Both the position numbers and the translations under genes were made by a program. Under the pieces are notes generated by a model that saw only the letters and a list, made by a program, of their open reading frames with translations, did no database searches and had not been told where the DNA came from. A stretch of DNA of 60,695 nucleotides, counting the filler. It is 3 parts of 3 records of this genome, joined end to end, with 100 filler letters (N's around TTAATTAATTAA, not from the genome) between each part and the next. Parts side by side here need not be neighbours in the genome. Positions count along the whole stretch, not along the records: positions 1 to 28,834 come from SRR2962707_2244; 2 more parts are not named here. The stretch is one strand, 5' to 3'. Of the stretch, positions 1 to 10,361 are shown in pieces (the stretch's first letter is position 1; every line of letters begins with the position of its first letter).

Positions 1-1098
1 CATGTCTTTGGTGTCTTGGCTGGCTTTGCTGTGGCGTTTACTGATTAAGGCAATGCTTTGCAAACGCTCGCTCATGGCGGCGTTTGAGAGGCGAAATTCT
101 GAGATTAATTGCGTTGAGACACTAATGTCATCTTGTGTTTCGTGGGCGGCTTGGTAAATCAATTGCAGTGCGTTATCTGTTTCTTCTGCGCTGGCATTGG
201 CGCTGTTGGCGTAGGCGATTAATTCATCGCTGGTTTGTTCACAGGCATTCACTTGTTTTGAGATGGAATCCACTAACGTGGCAATGTCTTGGGTGGCAAG
301 TTCCGTATTGGCTGCGAGTGTGCGTACTTCGTTAGCCACTACCGCAAAGCCTCTGCCCGCTTCCCCTGCCCGAGCGGATTCAATGGCCGCATTCAATGAC
401 AGTAGATTGATTTGTGAGGTGATGGTTTCAATCGTTTCAACAAAGCGTCGGATGTTACTGGCGGTTTCGCTTAAGGAAGCCATTTGTGATTGATTGCTGT
501 CCACCTTGCTTTGCATCAGAGTGAGTCGTTCTTTTAATTGAGTTTGTGCGTCCTGCCCTTTTTCAGATTGCGATTTAGTATTGGCGGCCAGTTGCGATGT
601 TTGTGCAATGCGCTCGGCAATGGTGGAGATCTTGTTATTCATCTCTTGGCTGGTGGCCGCGAGCGTGTCAATGGCTAGATATTCTTCTTCTGCGCCTTGC
701 GCCACATGGGTGGATGAGTTTTGCAGTTCGGTGGCTGTGTAACGGGTTTCTTGTGAACAGCTGATCAACAGCTGTTGGTGGCGCTCTAAGGTGCGCAGCA
801 AAGGGTTAATGCAGTGGGCTAAGCGGTTAAATTCAGCGTCTGAATGAATAAGCGGTATGACGCTAGGCTGATCCTTTACCTCAAGAGCCTGTCCTAGCTT
901 TTGCAATCTGTTTTTTGTTATCTGGGAGACCGATAGGGAAAAGTAGAGCAGTAATAAGACCGACAAAGCAACAAACAGCGTAGGAATAGTCGGCGTAAAG
1001 CAGAGGAAGAGGCTGCCGCAGGCCAGTACGATGAGTAAGGTTTGGCGGCCAAAATAGGGCAGTGCTGTCATCAGCAAGGTGCCAGGCTTCAATAGCAT
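1..1098 (-). CDS. Methyl-accepting chemotaxis protein without a periplasmic ligand-binding domain (3'-truncated by the window edge; absent from the ORF track)
   Basis: Manual translation from ATG at 1098 (AAGGA upstream) gives [19 protein letters not shown]..., two adjacent hydrophobic segments, then the MCP signalling motif [33 protein letters not shown]. The frame runs off the left end. Confidence 0.9.
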   Translation of the reverse strand, partial: MLLKPGTLLMTALPYFGRQTLLIVLACGSLFLCFTPTIPTLFVALSVLLLLYFSLSVSQITKNRLQKLGQALEVKDQPSVIPLIHSDAEFNRLAHCINPLLRTLERHQQLLISCSQETRYTATELQNSSTHVAQGAEEEYLAIDTLAATSQEMNNKISTIAERIAQTSQLAANTKSQSEKGQDAQTQLKERLTLMQSKVDSNQSQMASLSETASNIRRFVETIETITSQINLLSLNAAIESARAGEAGRGFAVVANEVRTLAANTELATQDIATLVDSISKQVNACEQTSDELIAYANSANASAEETDNALQLIYQAAHETQDDISVSTQLISEFRLSNAAMSERLQSIALISKRHSKASQDTKDM

Positions 1099-1158
1099 AA
1101 TTGCAATCCTTATAAGGTATCCAATACCGTTACGTCACGGTTGAGCTGTTTTCTAACC

Positions 1159-1174
1159 AGCAATAAATAGGCCA
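1159..1174 (-). promoter_or_regulatory. Putative sigma54 (-24/-12) promoter for the MCP gene
   Basis: Minus strand TGGCCTATTTATTGCT has GG-N10-GC spacing and a TTGCT -12 element, about 60 bp upstream of the ATG. Confidence 0.6.
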
Positions 1175-1225
1175 GAGCAGTGATGGGCGGTTTTTGGCCT
1201 GATGTTGGGCGTGCTGATTAAGAAT

Positions 1226-1264
1226 TGCACCAATAAAGACGGCGCTAGGCGCTATAAAAGAGCA
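1226..1264. promoter_or_regulatory. Tandem NtrC-like enhancer sites
   Basis: TGCACCAATAAAGACG and GCGCTATAAAAGAGCA resemble GCAC-N7(AT-rich)-GTGC. They start 22 bp apart and lie upstream of the sigma54-like promoter. Confidence 0.4.
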
Positions 1265-1389
1265 GACTTCGTGGGTTTGTTTGGTCAGGGTCAAACATGA
1301 GGTTGGAAAAGATGTGAAAGCGCACTTACCCCATGGCACCAAGCAGATTATAATAGCCGCATTTCACGAACTGGATAAATGAGATTGAT

Positions 1390-2871
1390 ATGTCAGAGGT
1401 AAGAACTCGTATTGCACCGTCTCCAACAGGCGACCCACATGTTGGCACAGCTTACATCGCTCTGTTTAATATGGCGTTTGCTCGCAAAATGGGCGGCAAG
1501 TTTATTTTACGCATAGAAGATACGGATCAAACTCGTAGTACGCCGGAATCAGAAAAAATGATTCTAGATGCGCTTCGTTGGTTAGGGCTTGATTGGGCTG
1601 AAGGTCCAGATGTTGGCGGTGAATATGGTCCTTACCGTCAAAGTGAGCGTGGCGATATTTACGGTCAATACGCTTTAGAGTTGGTGGAAAAAGGCCATGC
1701 GTTTTACGCTTTTGAAACCCCTGAAGAGCTTGATCAAATGCGCATCGAGCAAAAAGAGCAAGGCCTACCGCAAAAATACGATGGTCGAGCTTTGGCTCTG
1801 AGCGCAGAAGAAGTACAAGCAAAGCTAGACGCCGGCGTTCCCTACGTTATTCGTATGAAAATTCCTGAAGAAGGCACCTGTGTTGTTCAAGATATGCTGC
1901 GTGGCACCATTGAGATCGATTGGTCTCAAGTTGACATGCAAGTCTTGCTGAAAGCCGACGGTATGCCAACCTACCACCTTGCGAACGTAGTGGATGATCA
2001 TCTGATGAAGATCACCCATGTTATTCGTGGTGAAGAGTGGATTAACTCTGCGCCTAAACACATTTTGCTTTACCAATACTTTGGTTGGGACATGCCGACA
2101 TTGTGCCATATGCCATTGTTGCGTAACCCAGATAAGTCAAAGTTGTCAAAACGCAAAAACCCAACCAGTATCTTGTACTACCAACGTATGGGTTACATGG
2201 CAGAGTCTGTCATTAACTATCTTGGTCGTATGGGTTGGTCTATGCCTGATGAGCGTGAAAAATTCTCATTGGATGAAATGATTGAGCAATTCGATATCCA
2301 ACGTGTGTCTTTGGGCGGGCCAGTTTTTGATGTTGAAAAACTGAGCTGGTTAAACGGTATGTGGATTCGTGAGAATCTAAACCCTGAAACCTTCGCACAG
2401 AAATACGTTGAGTGGGCGTTAAACCCTGAGTATTTGATGCAAATCATTCCATTGATCATGCCTCGCGTAGAAACCTTCTCCGACGTAGCGAATGTTGCAG
2501 GCTTCTTCCTAAAAGGTATGTTGCCGATTACCAAAGAAGATTTTTCGACGGTAAAAATGGAAGAAGAAACATTGCGCAAAGCCATGCAGTTTGCCTTGTG
2601 GAAACTTGAAGCGTTACGCACTTGGGAAAAAGATGAGATTTTCAACACCTTGAAATCTCTTGCTCAAAGCATGGACGTGAAGCCGAAAGATTTCTTTGCG
2701 CCTTTGTTTGTGGCCATTTCGGGTTCCAGTGCCTCTGTCTCGGTTTTCGATTCTATGGCGATTCTAGGGCCTGACCTTTCTCGTGCGCGCATGCGTACCG
2801 CGGTGAATGCCTTAGGTGGACCTTCTAAGAAAGAAGCGAAACGTTGGGAAAAAGAATTTGCGGATTTATAA
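1390..2871 (+). CDS. gltX: Glutamate--tRNA ligase
   Basis: [14 protein letters not shown] (HIGH-like) and KLSKR (KMSKS-like) motifs; 493 aa, Pseudomonas-type. Confidence 0.97.
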   Translation: MSEVRTRIAPSPTGDPHVGTAYIALFNMAFARKMGGKFILRIEDTDQTRSTPESEKMILDALRWLGLDWAEGPDVGGEYGPYRQSERGDIYGQYALELVEKGHAFYAFETPEELDQMRIEQKEQGLPQKYDGRALALSAEEVQAKLDAGVPYVIRMKIPEEGTCVVQDMLRGTIEIDWSQVDMQVLLKADGMPTYHLANVVDDHLMKITHVIRGEEWINSAPKHILLYQYFGWDMPTLCHMPLLRNPDKSKLSKRKNPTSILYYQRMGYMAESVINYLGRMGWSMPDEREKFSLDEMIEQFDIQRVSLGGPVFDVEKLSWLNGMWIRENLNPETFAQKYVEWALNPEYLMQIIPLIMPRVETFSDVANVAGFFLKGMLPITKEDFSTVKMEEETLRKAMQFALWKLEALRTWEKDEIFNTLKSLAQSMDVKPKDFFAPLFVAISGSSASVSVFDSMAILGPDLSRARMRTAVNALGGPSKKEAKRWEKEFADL

Positions 2872-2919
2872 GCCCGTCTATAGATCAATGCTTTGATTTA
2901 AAGGCTTGGTAAGTAAAAC

Positions 2920-2956
2920 AAAAAAAGCTGACTTAGTTTACTAAGTCAGCTTTTTT
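2920..2956. terminator. Bidirectional intrinsic terminator between gltX and the convergent MCP gene
   Basis: AAAAAAAGCTGACTTAG-TTTA-CTAAGTCAGCTTTTTT: perfect stem with A and T tails. Confidence 0.9.
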
Positions 2957-3011
2957 ATTGCGCCTTTGTCATCACGACATAGTGGATAAGCCGGTTGTGG
3001 CTGCTCAAATA

Positions 3012-4898
3012 CTACTTGGTGGTAAACACGCTTGTTTTGCTGTCTAGGTTCGCGACCTGGTCGTGAATGTGACGTGTATTGTCTTCTATGCTGTTGATGT
3101 AGCTGTTATCGCGTTGTAATTGCTGTGCGATACGGTCCATTTCTTCACTCATGTGCACGGCGGTTTTCGCTACTTCTTGAATAGAGCGTGCCATATCAAT
3201 GGAGGAGGCTGAGCTGGTTTGAGCATTTTGCTCGATTTCCTGAATGGCGATTTCGGCTTTTTCACTGAAACTTTCAATAGCATGGAGGCTTTCTTGGCCG
3301 CTTTGCATCGTTTCGATGGCGGTTTGAGTGGAGCCTTGAATCGTGCTGACAATGTCGGTGATTTTGGCGGTTGCATCAACGGTTTTCTCTGCCAAAGAGC
3401 GAACCTCATCGGCCACAACGGAGAAGCCTCGACCAGCTTCCCCTGCACGTGCCGCTTCAATGGCCGCGTTCAGTGCGAGCAAGTTGGTTTGGCTAGCAAG
3501 GTCGTTGATCATGCCAATGACATTATCAATGTCTTTTGATAGTTGGCCTAACTCATTGAGCTGCACACCCGTTTGATTGACAATGCTAATGGTGCTGGCC
3601 AAATTCGACAATGCGCCCTTGATGGTTTCTGCCCCGACTTTAGCAGACTCATAGGTATCCTGAGACTGATTGCTTAATTCGTCGGTGGTAATGGAAATAC
3701 TGGATATGGTTGTGGAGATTTCCTCTGTCGCAGCGGCTAAAGAGTTGGTTTGTTCACTGACCGAACGGTTGCTGTCGGCGATGTTCTTCACTGAGTCATT
3801 TAGCTCGGTTACCATGCCGGACACATCTCGTGTGGTGTGCACCACGTCACCAATCACAGAGCCTAGGCCATCGGTCATTTCATTGACTGAGCTGCACAAG
3901 GAATCAAATTCGTCATTGCGTTTACTATTCACGAATAGGCGGGCTGTTAGGTCACCGCTTTTTACCTTACCCAGATCTCGAATAATTTGATTGAGTGTTT
4001 TGTTTACGCTGCGGCCAATGCCTAGCATCATTAGCGCGGCGACAATGGCAACAATAATGCTCACTATGATTAAACCTGCGCTGGCTTTCTCAGAACTGGC
4101 GGAGGCTTGTAAACGAGCCTCTTGCACCGCGCTTTGCATAAAGTTAGCCGCGGCTAAGCGAGCATCGTGAAAGGCTTCTTTGTTCGTTTTAAACTGTTTT
4201 TGAAGAGACACTAGGGTGTTATTGGCTTGATCGTAATTTTGTATGGCAGCAAAGTACTGCTCGATAACTTCACCGAAGCGCTCTTCTAGACCAAAATCGA
4301 CGATGCGTTTGTGGAACTTGTTGTACTTCTCCATGAACGCCGCTTTATTGTCTGCTGTCGGTTCAAAGATGAAGTTCTTTTCCGCTTCGCGAACCGGTAA
4401 GAATTCTTGTTTTACTAGGCTTAGAAAAGAGACTTTATCAGTAACTTGAACGCCCAAATCCGAGATCTTGCCTTTGAGGCCAGCGGAACCATTAAAGCCA
4501 ACGACTTGTTGTTGATGAACCAGCTGTTTTAAGGTGCTGTTATAAGCATCTACGGTTGTTTTAACCTGATGTAAAAGGTTTTTTGCCTCTTCTGAGGACA
4601 CGGATTGTATGTTGTCGTCTAAGGTTTTCATTGACTCGATAGACTCAGAGTCGAGTGTTTTTAAGAAGGACTTATGCGACTTGTCGTTGAGTGAGGAAAG
4701 CGTTTCATACTCTTCCATTAAGGTAATAACCAAGGTTGCCAAGTCTTTGTCTACCCGTGTTAATACTTCGTACCTTTCTGATGCAGAAGTTTGGGTATTC
4801 AATCCTTGTAAAGCCACCACGGTAACAATAACAAAACCAATAATCGCTGCAGACAGCAGGGCTATAAGCTTGGTGCGAAAACTTAGGTTTGACAGCAT
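3012..4898 (-). CDS. Methyl-accepting chemotaxis protein with a large helical periplasmic sensor and HAMP domain
   Basis: TM, ~240 aa helical region, TM, HAMP (DEFDSL), then [31 protein letters not shown]. Confidence 0.95.
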   Translation of the reverse strand: MLSNLSFRTKLIALLSAAIIGFVIVTVVALQGLNTQTSASERYEVLTRVDKDLATLVITLMEEYETLSSLNDKSHKSFLKTLDSESIESMKTLDDNIQSVSSEEAKNLLHQVKTTVDAYNSTLKQLVHQQQVVGFNGSAGLKGKISDLGVQVTDKVSFLSLVKQEFLPVREAEKNFIFEPTADNKAAFMEKYNKFHKRIVDFGLEERFGEVIEQYFAAIQNYDQANNTLVSLQKQFKTNKEAFHDARLAAANFMQSAVQEARLQASASSEKASAGLIIVSIIVAIVAALMMLGIGRSVNKTLNQIIRDLGKVKSGDLTARLFVNSKRNDEFDSLCSSVNEMTDGLGSVIGDVVHTTRDVSGMVTELNDSVKNIADSNRSVSEQTNSLAAATEEISTTISSISITTDELSNQSQDTYESAKVGAETIKGALSNLASTISIVNQTGVQLNELGQLSKDIDNVIGMINDLASQTNLLALNAAIEAARAGEAGRGFSVVADEVRSLAEKTVDATAKITDIVSTIQGSTQTAIETMQSGQESLHAIESFSEKAEIAIQEIEQNAQTSSASSIDMARSIQEVAKTAVHMSEEMDRIAQQLQRDNSYINSIEDNTRHIHDQVANLDSKTSVFTTK

Positions 4899-5141
4899 AA
4901 ATGATACCTATATTTCTTATTATATTTTATGAGCCAATAATGCGCTGATACACAGCCTAATATTGGAGTAAAGCTAAAGCCTAGTTTGTTGTGATTCATT
5001 CAAACAAAGTAAGGTTTCATTTACATTCTATTTCTTGTTTATCTTGCTTTGCAATTAAATGGAAAAATTTATTTTAATAAACACACAATGTGCGGCTCAA
5101 TTGTCGCAACAATCGAGAATATATGATGCTTTTTTTAGGGG

Positions 5142-5456
5142 TTAAATATCGTGAGGGCTTAACCAAATAGTGGCTATTTTATTGCCCACAAAAACAATAC
5201 GACCTTGGTAGCGCATACGTCCAGTAGAAGAGAATTCAAATTGATAGGTGCGCTTTATACAAGGCTGATGATTTGCCCAGCATGGCTTCCAGCCGTCACC
5301 AGCGACACTTTCATCGAGTAGTTGCAGATTGAGTTCTTGGCAGTGACTTTTTGCCGTCATGATGGCGCGTTCTCTGATGGTGCTGTTACGCCACCAACCA
5401 TAGAAAAGCATCGCAATGATTAAGAAGAAGATAATGTCAGAAAGTTGCAGGTTCAT
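5142..5456 (-). CDS. DUF3301-like small membrane-anchored protein
   Basis: N-terminal TM, C..LNLQLLDESV and YQFEFSSTG..RYQG patterns typical of DUF3301. Confidence 0.8.
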   Translation of the reverse strand: MNLQLSDIIFFLIIAMLFYGWWRNSTIRERAIMTAKSHCQELNLQLLDESVAGDGWKPCWANHQPCIKRTYQFEFSSTGRMRYQGRIVFVGNKIATIWLSPHDI

Positions 5457-5499
5457 GATGGTCTATTCAAAAAAGGAGTACCCATCATAGCGAATCGCG

Positions 5500-5558
5500 C
5501 TAGAAAATAGAAATGCGTGACCACCCCCCAAGCAGGAGAGAAAGAAGGAGTGGTCACG
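5500..5558 (-). terminator. Large-loop hairpin with U-rich tail downstream of flavodoxin (terminator or sRNA 3' end)
   Basis: Inverted repeat CGTGACCAC (5516-5524) / GTGGTCACG (5550-5558). On the minus strand it is followed by CATTTCTATTTTCT. Confidence 0.55.
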
Positions 5559-5692
5559 TGCTTCACGCTGTATGAGCGAGCGTTATAAATATCCATTAGA
5601 TGAGGTGAAATTTGGTCATTCGGGGCAGCGAATGTGCAGTCGTCCAAATCTTGAGTCGTGAACCTATATCCAATGTGCCAGTCAGGTGATAT

Positions 5693-6229
5693 TTATGCGG
5701 CTTCAACCGCTCTTTCTGCGTAAAGTTGGATAACCCACTGTTCGATGCGCTGATCAGTGAGTTCAAACTGTTGATCTTCATCTATGGCCAAACCGACAAA
5801 GTGTTCTTTGTCTTTTATGCAGGCTCTAGAGGCTTCAAATTCGTAGCCTTCCGTTGGCCATTCACCAATAAAGGTGGCTTGGGTTGGTGCTAATTTTTCG
5901 TAGAGCCAGCCCATGGCATCGACAAAATAATCACCATAACCAAATTGGTCGCCGAGGCCATAAAGGGCGATGGTTTTATCAGCAAGCGAGAGTTCACTAA
6001 GCGCATCGCCTAACTCTTCCCAATCTTCTTGAATGCCTCCAAAATCCCATGTTGGTATGCCGAGAATCAACATCTCGTAGTTTTCGAGTTGATTGATTTC
6101 GATGTCTTTTACATTGTGCATTTCTACATCAATGCCCAGTTCTTTCCATTGATTAACGATTTTTGTACCAACTTCCTCGGTGTTATTGGTATCTGTGCCA
6201 TATATTAAGGCGATTGACGGCTGATCCAT
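5693..6229 (-). CDS. Long-chain flavodoxin (FldA/FldB family)
   Basis: YGTDTNNT FMN loop, GIPTWDFG, GLGDQFGY, GLAIDEDQQ. Confidence 0.93.
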   Translation of the reverse strand: MDQPSIALIYGTDTNNTEEVGTKIVNQWKELGIDVEMHNVKDIEINQLENYEMLILGIPTWDFGGIQEDWEELGDALSELSLADKTIALYGLGDQFGYGDYFVDAMGWLYEKLAPTQATFIGEWPTEGYEFEASRACIKDKEHFVGLAIDEDQQFELTDQRIEQWVIQLYAERAVEAA

Positions 6230-6250
6230 GGTTTTTCAATGTTCCTATTA

Positions 6251-7141
6251 CTAGTGAATTTGCCCGTATTGATGGCTGCTAACGCCAAAATGCTGGACAA
6301 AAGCGGCTTCAAACTGAGATTCAGTAAAACCGCTTTTGGCCACAACGGACGATTTTGAATGAGGGTCTTGGCGCAACATAGCCGCGGCATATTGCATTCG
6401 ACTATGCATGCCATAGCGTTCAACGGATTGTCCTACTAGGTGCTGGAATCCAAGGGTTAATGCTTCGCTGTTTAAGCCTACGCGATGGGCCAGCTGATCT
6501 ATTTCCAGCTTACCGTGATCAGGGCTTTCTAATAAATTCTGTGCTTGAAAGACTTTTTGTTGGCAATCTTCACAGCGGGATAAATGGTTGAGCATTTTAA
6601 GTTGATCGACAAACGTGAAAATACAAGAGTACACGTGACCAATAAGGCTTAATGTTTGTCTTTGATAGGCAAGCATTAGACGGCAAACCGCTCGGTTTTT
6701 TTCCGTTACAGGCAGTCTAATAAGAGGGCCGTCTTGATTAATGCTGGCGAATAAATTGCTAAAGTACTGAATAACTTGCTCTTCTGTTTCATTAAATAAA
6801 CTGGCAAGCAGCTCTGTTGTAACGTGGATTTGGAACAACGATTTTTCTTCGCCTTCCGCCATCGCAAAATCACCAACAATGTCTTGAGCTTGATAGCTGA
6901 TTTGAATGCTATCGATATCGTCGCTATCAATAATAGGTTTAGTGCCCACAAGCGAAAAATAGAGCCCTTGTTGAGCTTGTTCAGTAAACAGAGTGTCACT
7001 ATGACAGGATAGGTGTTGGTCAATAACCTTTAGATTGGGTAACAGACTGATATGACGTTTGTGACCACCAATAATGTCAGATAGATGACTGATGGTGTCA
7101 CCTTGTGAGTCATAGGCCTCATGTAAATTAACGTGCTGCAT
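6251..7141 (-). CDS. AraC-family transcriptional regulator (PchR/YbtA-like, divergent)
   Basis: C-terminal double-HTH pattern (LAHRVGLNSEALTLGFQHLVGQS; SGFTESQFEAAFVQHFGVS); Fur boxes upstream. Confidence 0.8.
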   Translation of the reverse strand: MQHVNLHEAYDSQGDTISHLSDIIGGHKRHISLLPNLKVIDQHLSCHSDTLFTEQAQQGLYFSLVGTKPIIDSDDIDSIQISYQAQDIVGDFAMAEGEEKSLFQIHVTTELLASLFNETEEQVIQYFSNLFASINQDGPLIRLPVTEKNRAVCRLMLAYQRQTLSLIGHVYSCIFTFVDQLKMLNHLSRCEDCQQKVFQAQNLLESPDHGKLEIDQLAHRVGLNSEALTLGFQHLVGQSVERYGMHSRMQYAAAMLRQDPHSKSSVVAKSGFTESQFEAAFVQHFGVSSHQYGQIH

Positions 7142-7157
7142 GTCGTACCTCTGTCTT

Positions 7158-7176
7158 GATAATGGTTATCATTAAA
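7158..7176. promoter_or_regulatory. Fur box 1
   Basis: GATAATGGTTATCATTAAA matches GATAATGATAATCATTATC at 15 of 19 positions, just upstream of the AraC start. Confidence 0.8.
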
Positions 7177-7195
7177 GAGGTTTTTTAGGTCAAAT

Positions 7196-7214
7196 GCAAG
7201 TGATTATCATTAAA
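7196..7214. promoter_or_regulatory. Fur box 2
   Basis: GCAAGTGATTATCATTAAA matches the Fur consensus at 13 of 19 positions. Confidence 0.65.
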
Positions 7215-7272
7215 ATAATTTAATTTTCTATCGCGCCTGAAATGACGCCGGTCACACTGGCGTTACGCGCTC

Positions 7273-8229
7273 TTACATTAGATTTAAACTGCGCAACACG
7301 GTGACGCCTATGCTGGTGCTTAATAGAGAGGCAATGGTGGTGATCACGATAATATTTGCCGCCAAGGTCGCGTTGCCGCCCATGGCTCTGACCATGATGT
7401 AGCTTGCTGAGGCGGATGGCGCAGATGACATCAAAAATAACACGCCAAGTTCCATGCCTCGGTATCCGAGCAGATAGCCACCGAAGGTGATGATGACAGG
7501 GATAAAGATGAGCTTGCCAACAGAAGATATCATCGCAATCGTGATGTCTTTTTGCATGGCTTTAAAGCTCAACGAGGCGCCCGCGCAGAGCAAAGCCAGA
7601 GGCAGTGTCATTTGCGCAAAGTAATCACCTGCTTTGTGCAGGGTAGAAGGGAGCGTTAGGCCAGTGGCAGAGAAAATTAATGCGGCCACAATGGCGAGAA
7701 TAAGTGGGTTTTTTGCGATGCCTTTTAAGGTGTTAGCAATGCTCTTTTTGGCATCCATGGATCTGTTTAAACAAATAACAGACAAAATATTATAAAGGAC
7801 GGTTACACCGCCAAGGTAAATAGAAGCCACAGAAAACACGCTGTCGCCGTAGGCGTTGACACAATAGGCTAAACCAATAATGCCCATATTAGAGCGAAAA
7901 GCGCCTTGAATAACCACGCCACGATCTCCCTTATCGGGAATCATCTTACTGGTGATAACTTCTAATAGAATATAGGTCGCAACCACGGCAAGCATGGCGT
8001 AAATGACCAGAGAAAAATCTGTGTCACTGCTTAATTTGGTTTTGGAAATACTGATGAAGAGTAGGGCAGGAAGAGTGACGTTGAAAACCAATTTAGAGGC
8101 AACATCAATGAAATTATCATTGATCAGCTGTACTTGGTAAAGAAAAATCCCTAGCACCAGAATCAAAAAAATTGGCATGGTGATAGAAAAAGAAAAACCA
8201 AGTACGTCTAAAAAGTTATCCAACGTCAT
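7273..8229 (-). CDS. AEC (auxin efflux carrier/malate permease) family transporter
   Basis: About 10 TM segments; LVFNVTLPALLF, RSNMGIIGL, KNPLILA motifs. Confidence 0.88.
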   Translation of the reverse strand: MTLDNFLDVLGFSFSITMPIFLILVLGIFLYQVQLINDNFIDVASKLVFNVTLPALLFISISKTKLSSDTDFSLVIYAMLAVVATYILLEVITSKMIPDKGDRGVVIQGAFRSNMGIIGLAYCVNAYGDSVFSVASIYLGGVTVLYNILSVICLNRSMDAKKSIANTLKGIAKNPLILAIVAALIFSATGLTLPSTLHKAGDYFAQMTLPLALLCAGASLSFKAMQKDITIAMISSVGKLIFIPVIITFGGYLLGYRGMELGVLFLMSSAPSASASYIMVRAMGGNATLAANIIVITTIASLLSTSIGVTVLRSLNLM

Positions 8230-8258
8230 TCCTTATAGGTAAACAGAGTTAGTGTCTA

Positions 8259-8936
8259 TTAATCGTTGTTTTCGAATCGGTAACCCGCACCGTAGACAGA
8301 ATGAATCACGTTTAGCTCAGGCGCAACGGCAGAGATTTTCTTGCGCAGTTTTTTGATGTGACTATCAATGGTACGGTCACTTACTACACGGCTGTCTGCG
8401 TAAATGCTTTTCATAATCAGATCACGGCCGAAAACGCGACCAGGTTCTTTGATCAGCAATTGCAGCAATTGGAATTCAACGGTCGTTAGGTCGATTAGCT
8501 CACCTTTATAAGTGGCGCGTAGGCGATCTACATCTAGGTCAAAACCATCTGTTCTTGGTGATTCAGTTTGGTCAAGCTCAACGCGACGAAGGTTGGCTTT
8601 AACGCGCGCAACGATTTCACGTGGGCTGAAAGGTTTGCATACATAATCGTCTGCGCCCATTTCTAGGCCGATTAGACGGTCAATTTCTTCTGCTTTTGCG
8701 GTCACCATAATGATTGGGATGCCGCTGAATTGACGTACCTGTTTGCAAATCTCGATACCATCTAGGCCTGGTAGCATAAGATCCAAAAGGATTAAATCTA
8801 CGTGATTGTTTTTCACGTAATCTACCGCTTGATCGCCACGATCAATATGGTGGTTTTCATAGCCTGCTTGGTCTAGGTAGGCGCCGACTAACTCAGCTAA
8901 TTTTGGTTCGTCTTCAACAATTAGTATTTTGCTCAT
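8259..8936 (-). CDS. baeR: OmpR-family response regulator, BaeR-like
   Basis: REC domain (LLDLMLPGLDG, ADDYVCKPFSPRE) and winged HTH (SDRTIDSHIKKLRKK, IHSVYGAGY). Confidence 0.8.
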   Translation of the reverse strand: MSKILIVEDEPKLAELVGAYLDQAGYENHHIDRGDQAVDYVKNNHVDLILLDLMLPGLDGIEICKQVRQFSGIPIIMVTAKAEEIDRLIGLEMGADDYVCKPFSPREIVARVKANLRRVELDQTESPRTDGFDLDVDRLRATYKGELIDLTTVEFQLLQLLIKEPGRVFGRDLIMKSIYADSRVVSDRTIDSHIKKLRKKISAVAPELNVIHSVYGAGYRFENND

Positions 8937-8954
8937 AATGCTTTTTGTTCCATA

Positions 8955-10361
8955 TTAATTTAAAGGGAATTCTATTCTTATTCCTAAACCACCCTGTGGC
9001 GAGTGATAGGCACTAATGTTGCCCTGATGGCCATCTACAATATTGGTACAGATCGCAAGCCCTAAGCCTCTACCACCTGTTGCCCTATTACGTGAATTCT
9101 CGACTCGATAGAACTGTTCGAAAATTCGATTTTTCTCTTCTTCATTCACACCTGGAGGAGTGTCTTCGAACAACACAACCGCCGTATCATCTTCTCTTGA
9201 TAATACTATACTAAGTTTTCCTGGTGCGTTTGTGTACTTTAATGAGTTATTCATTAAGTTAGCAAAGAGCTGGTGCAATCGATCTGTGTCACCGGTAATC
9301 ATGATCGGGGCTTTCTTGATGATATCAAGTTCTATATCAAGACCCGCTTCATTGTATCTCAGTGTCATAGATTGGACTGTTTGTTCTAGGATTTCATTTA
9401 AATCCGCGTCTTCCATTTCATAATTTAGATTGCCTACATCATGCATGGATAACTGGTTTAAGTCATCAATTAGACGCGTTATATGTATCGTCTCTTGCTG
9501 TAGAGAAGAAAGACTTTCTGGCGATACTTTAATGATGCCATCCTGCATGGCTTCAATTTCGCCCCTTAAAATGGCAACCGGCGTTCTTAGCTCATGCGCG
9601 GTATCTGCAACCCAGCGTTTTCTGGATTCGCGAGTGTTTTCCAGCGTGATGGCCAAATGGTTGAAGTCATTTCCTAAATCCGCAAGCTCGTCTGAGCCGT
9701 GAATTTTAATGCGAGTATCGTAATGACCTTTTGACAGTTTACGTGTGGCTTCACGTACGGTACATAATGGTCGGCTTAGCCATTGAGCAAGAGGCCAAGT
9801 AAGCAAAGCGGCAATCGCCAGCATAAAGGCAGAGATCAATAAAAAGGCTTCCCCTTGCTGACGTACAAATCGCAAGGTTTGGTCTTGTACTAGGGCGCGC
9901 ATAGAGCGTAAGCCAATATAGCCGACGACTTTTTTATTGACGATAACCGCGTGGGTTTCCGCTTTATCAAAGGGCGTATCACCTATGATGCTTTTTTGAT
10001 TTTTATCAAACAATAAGAAACGCTGGCGATAGTATTGAGATGGATAGATAAGATCCAAATTAGGGGTGCTAGGAGGCGGCACCAAGTCTCTCAGGTTCTC
10101 AAGGCGTTCTTTGTGCCAGTCTTTTTCCATTTGGCTTTCTTGAATCAAGAAGTACCAATCATCGTAGTAGATGTACAAGTTGGCGGTTCTGTTCGCCATT
10201 TGCTCTAGGAAATCGCGATCTCGCTCTGTGGCGTAAGACACAAAACCACGGTCAAAGCTCCATTGAAAAACCTGCCACATAGACACAATCACTAAAATGT
10301 TGCTGAGCACGAAGACGGCAAACAGCTTATGGCGTATTTTGAATTTCTTGGTAATTCTCAT
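8955..10361 (-). CDS. baeS: Sensor histidine kinase, BaeS-like
   Basis: Two TMs, HAMP, AHELRTP, NNSLKYT, and FYRVENSRNRATGGRGLGLAI. Confidence 0.8.
   Translation of the reverse strand: MRITKKFKIRHKLFAVFVLSNILVIVSMWQVFQWSFDRGFVSYATERDRDFLEQMANRTANLYIYYDDWYFLIQESQMEKDWHKERLENLRDLVPPPSTPNLDLIYPSQYYRQRFLLFDKNQKSIIGDTPFDKAETHAVIVNKKVVGYIGLRSMRALVQDQTLRFVRQQGEAFLLISAFMLAIAALLTWPLAQWLSRPLCTVREATRKLSKGHYDTRIKIHGSDELADLGNDFNHLAITLENTRESRKRWVADTAHELRTPVAILRGEIEAMQDGIIKVSPESLSSLQQETIHITRLIDDLNQLSMHDVGNLNYEMEDADLNEILEQTVQSMTLRYNEAGLDIELDIIKKAPIMITGDTDRLHQLFANLMNNSLKYTNAPGKLSIVLSREDDTAVVLFEDTPPGVNEEEKNRIFEQFYRVENSRNRATGGRGLGLAICTNIVDGHQGNISAYHSPQGGLGIRIEFPLN

Noticed and set aside
135..493. Short + strand ORFs at the window start
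   Set aside because: They are antisense shadows of the minus-strand MCP.
2872..3011. tRNA genes expected after gltX
   Set aside because: No cloverleaf or T-loop (GTTC) is visible; only a terminator is present.
5453..5647. 64-aa ORF between flavodoxin and DUF3301
   Set aside because: It has no RBS or motif and crosses a strong hairpin; a non-coding reading fits better.
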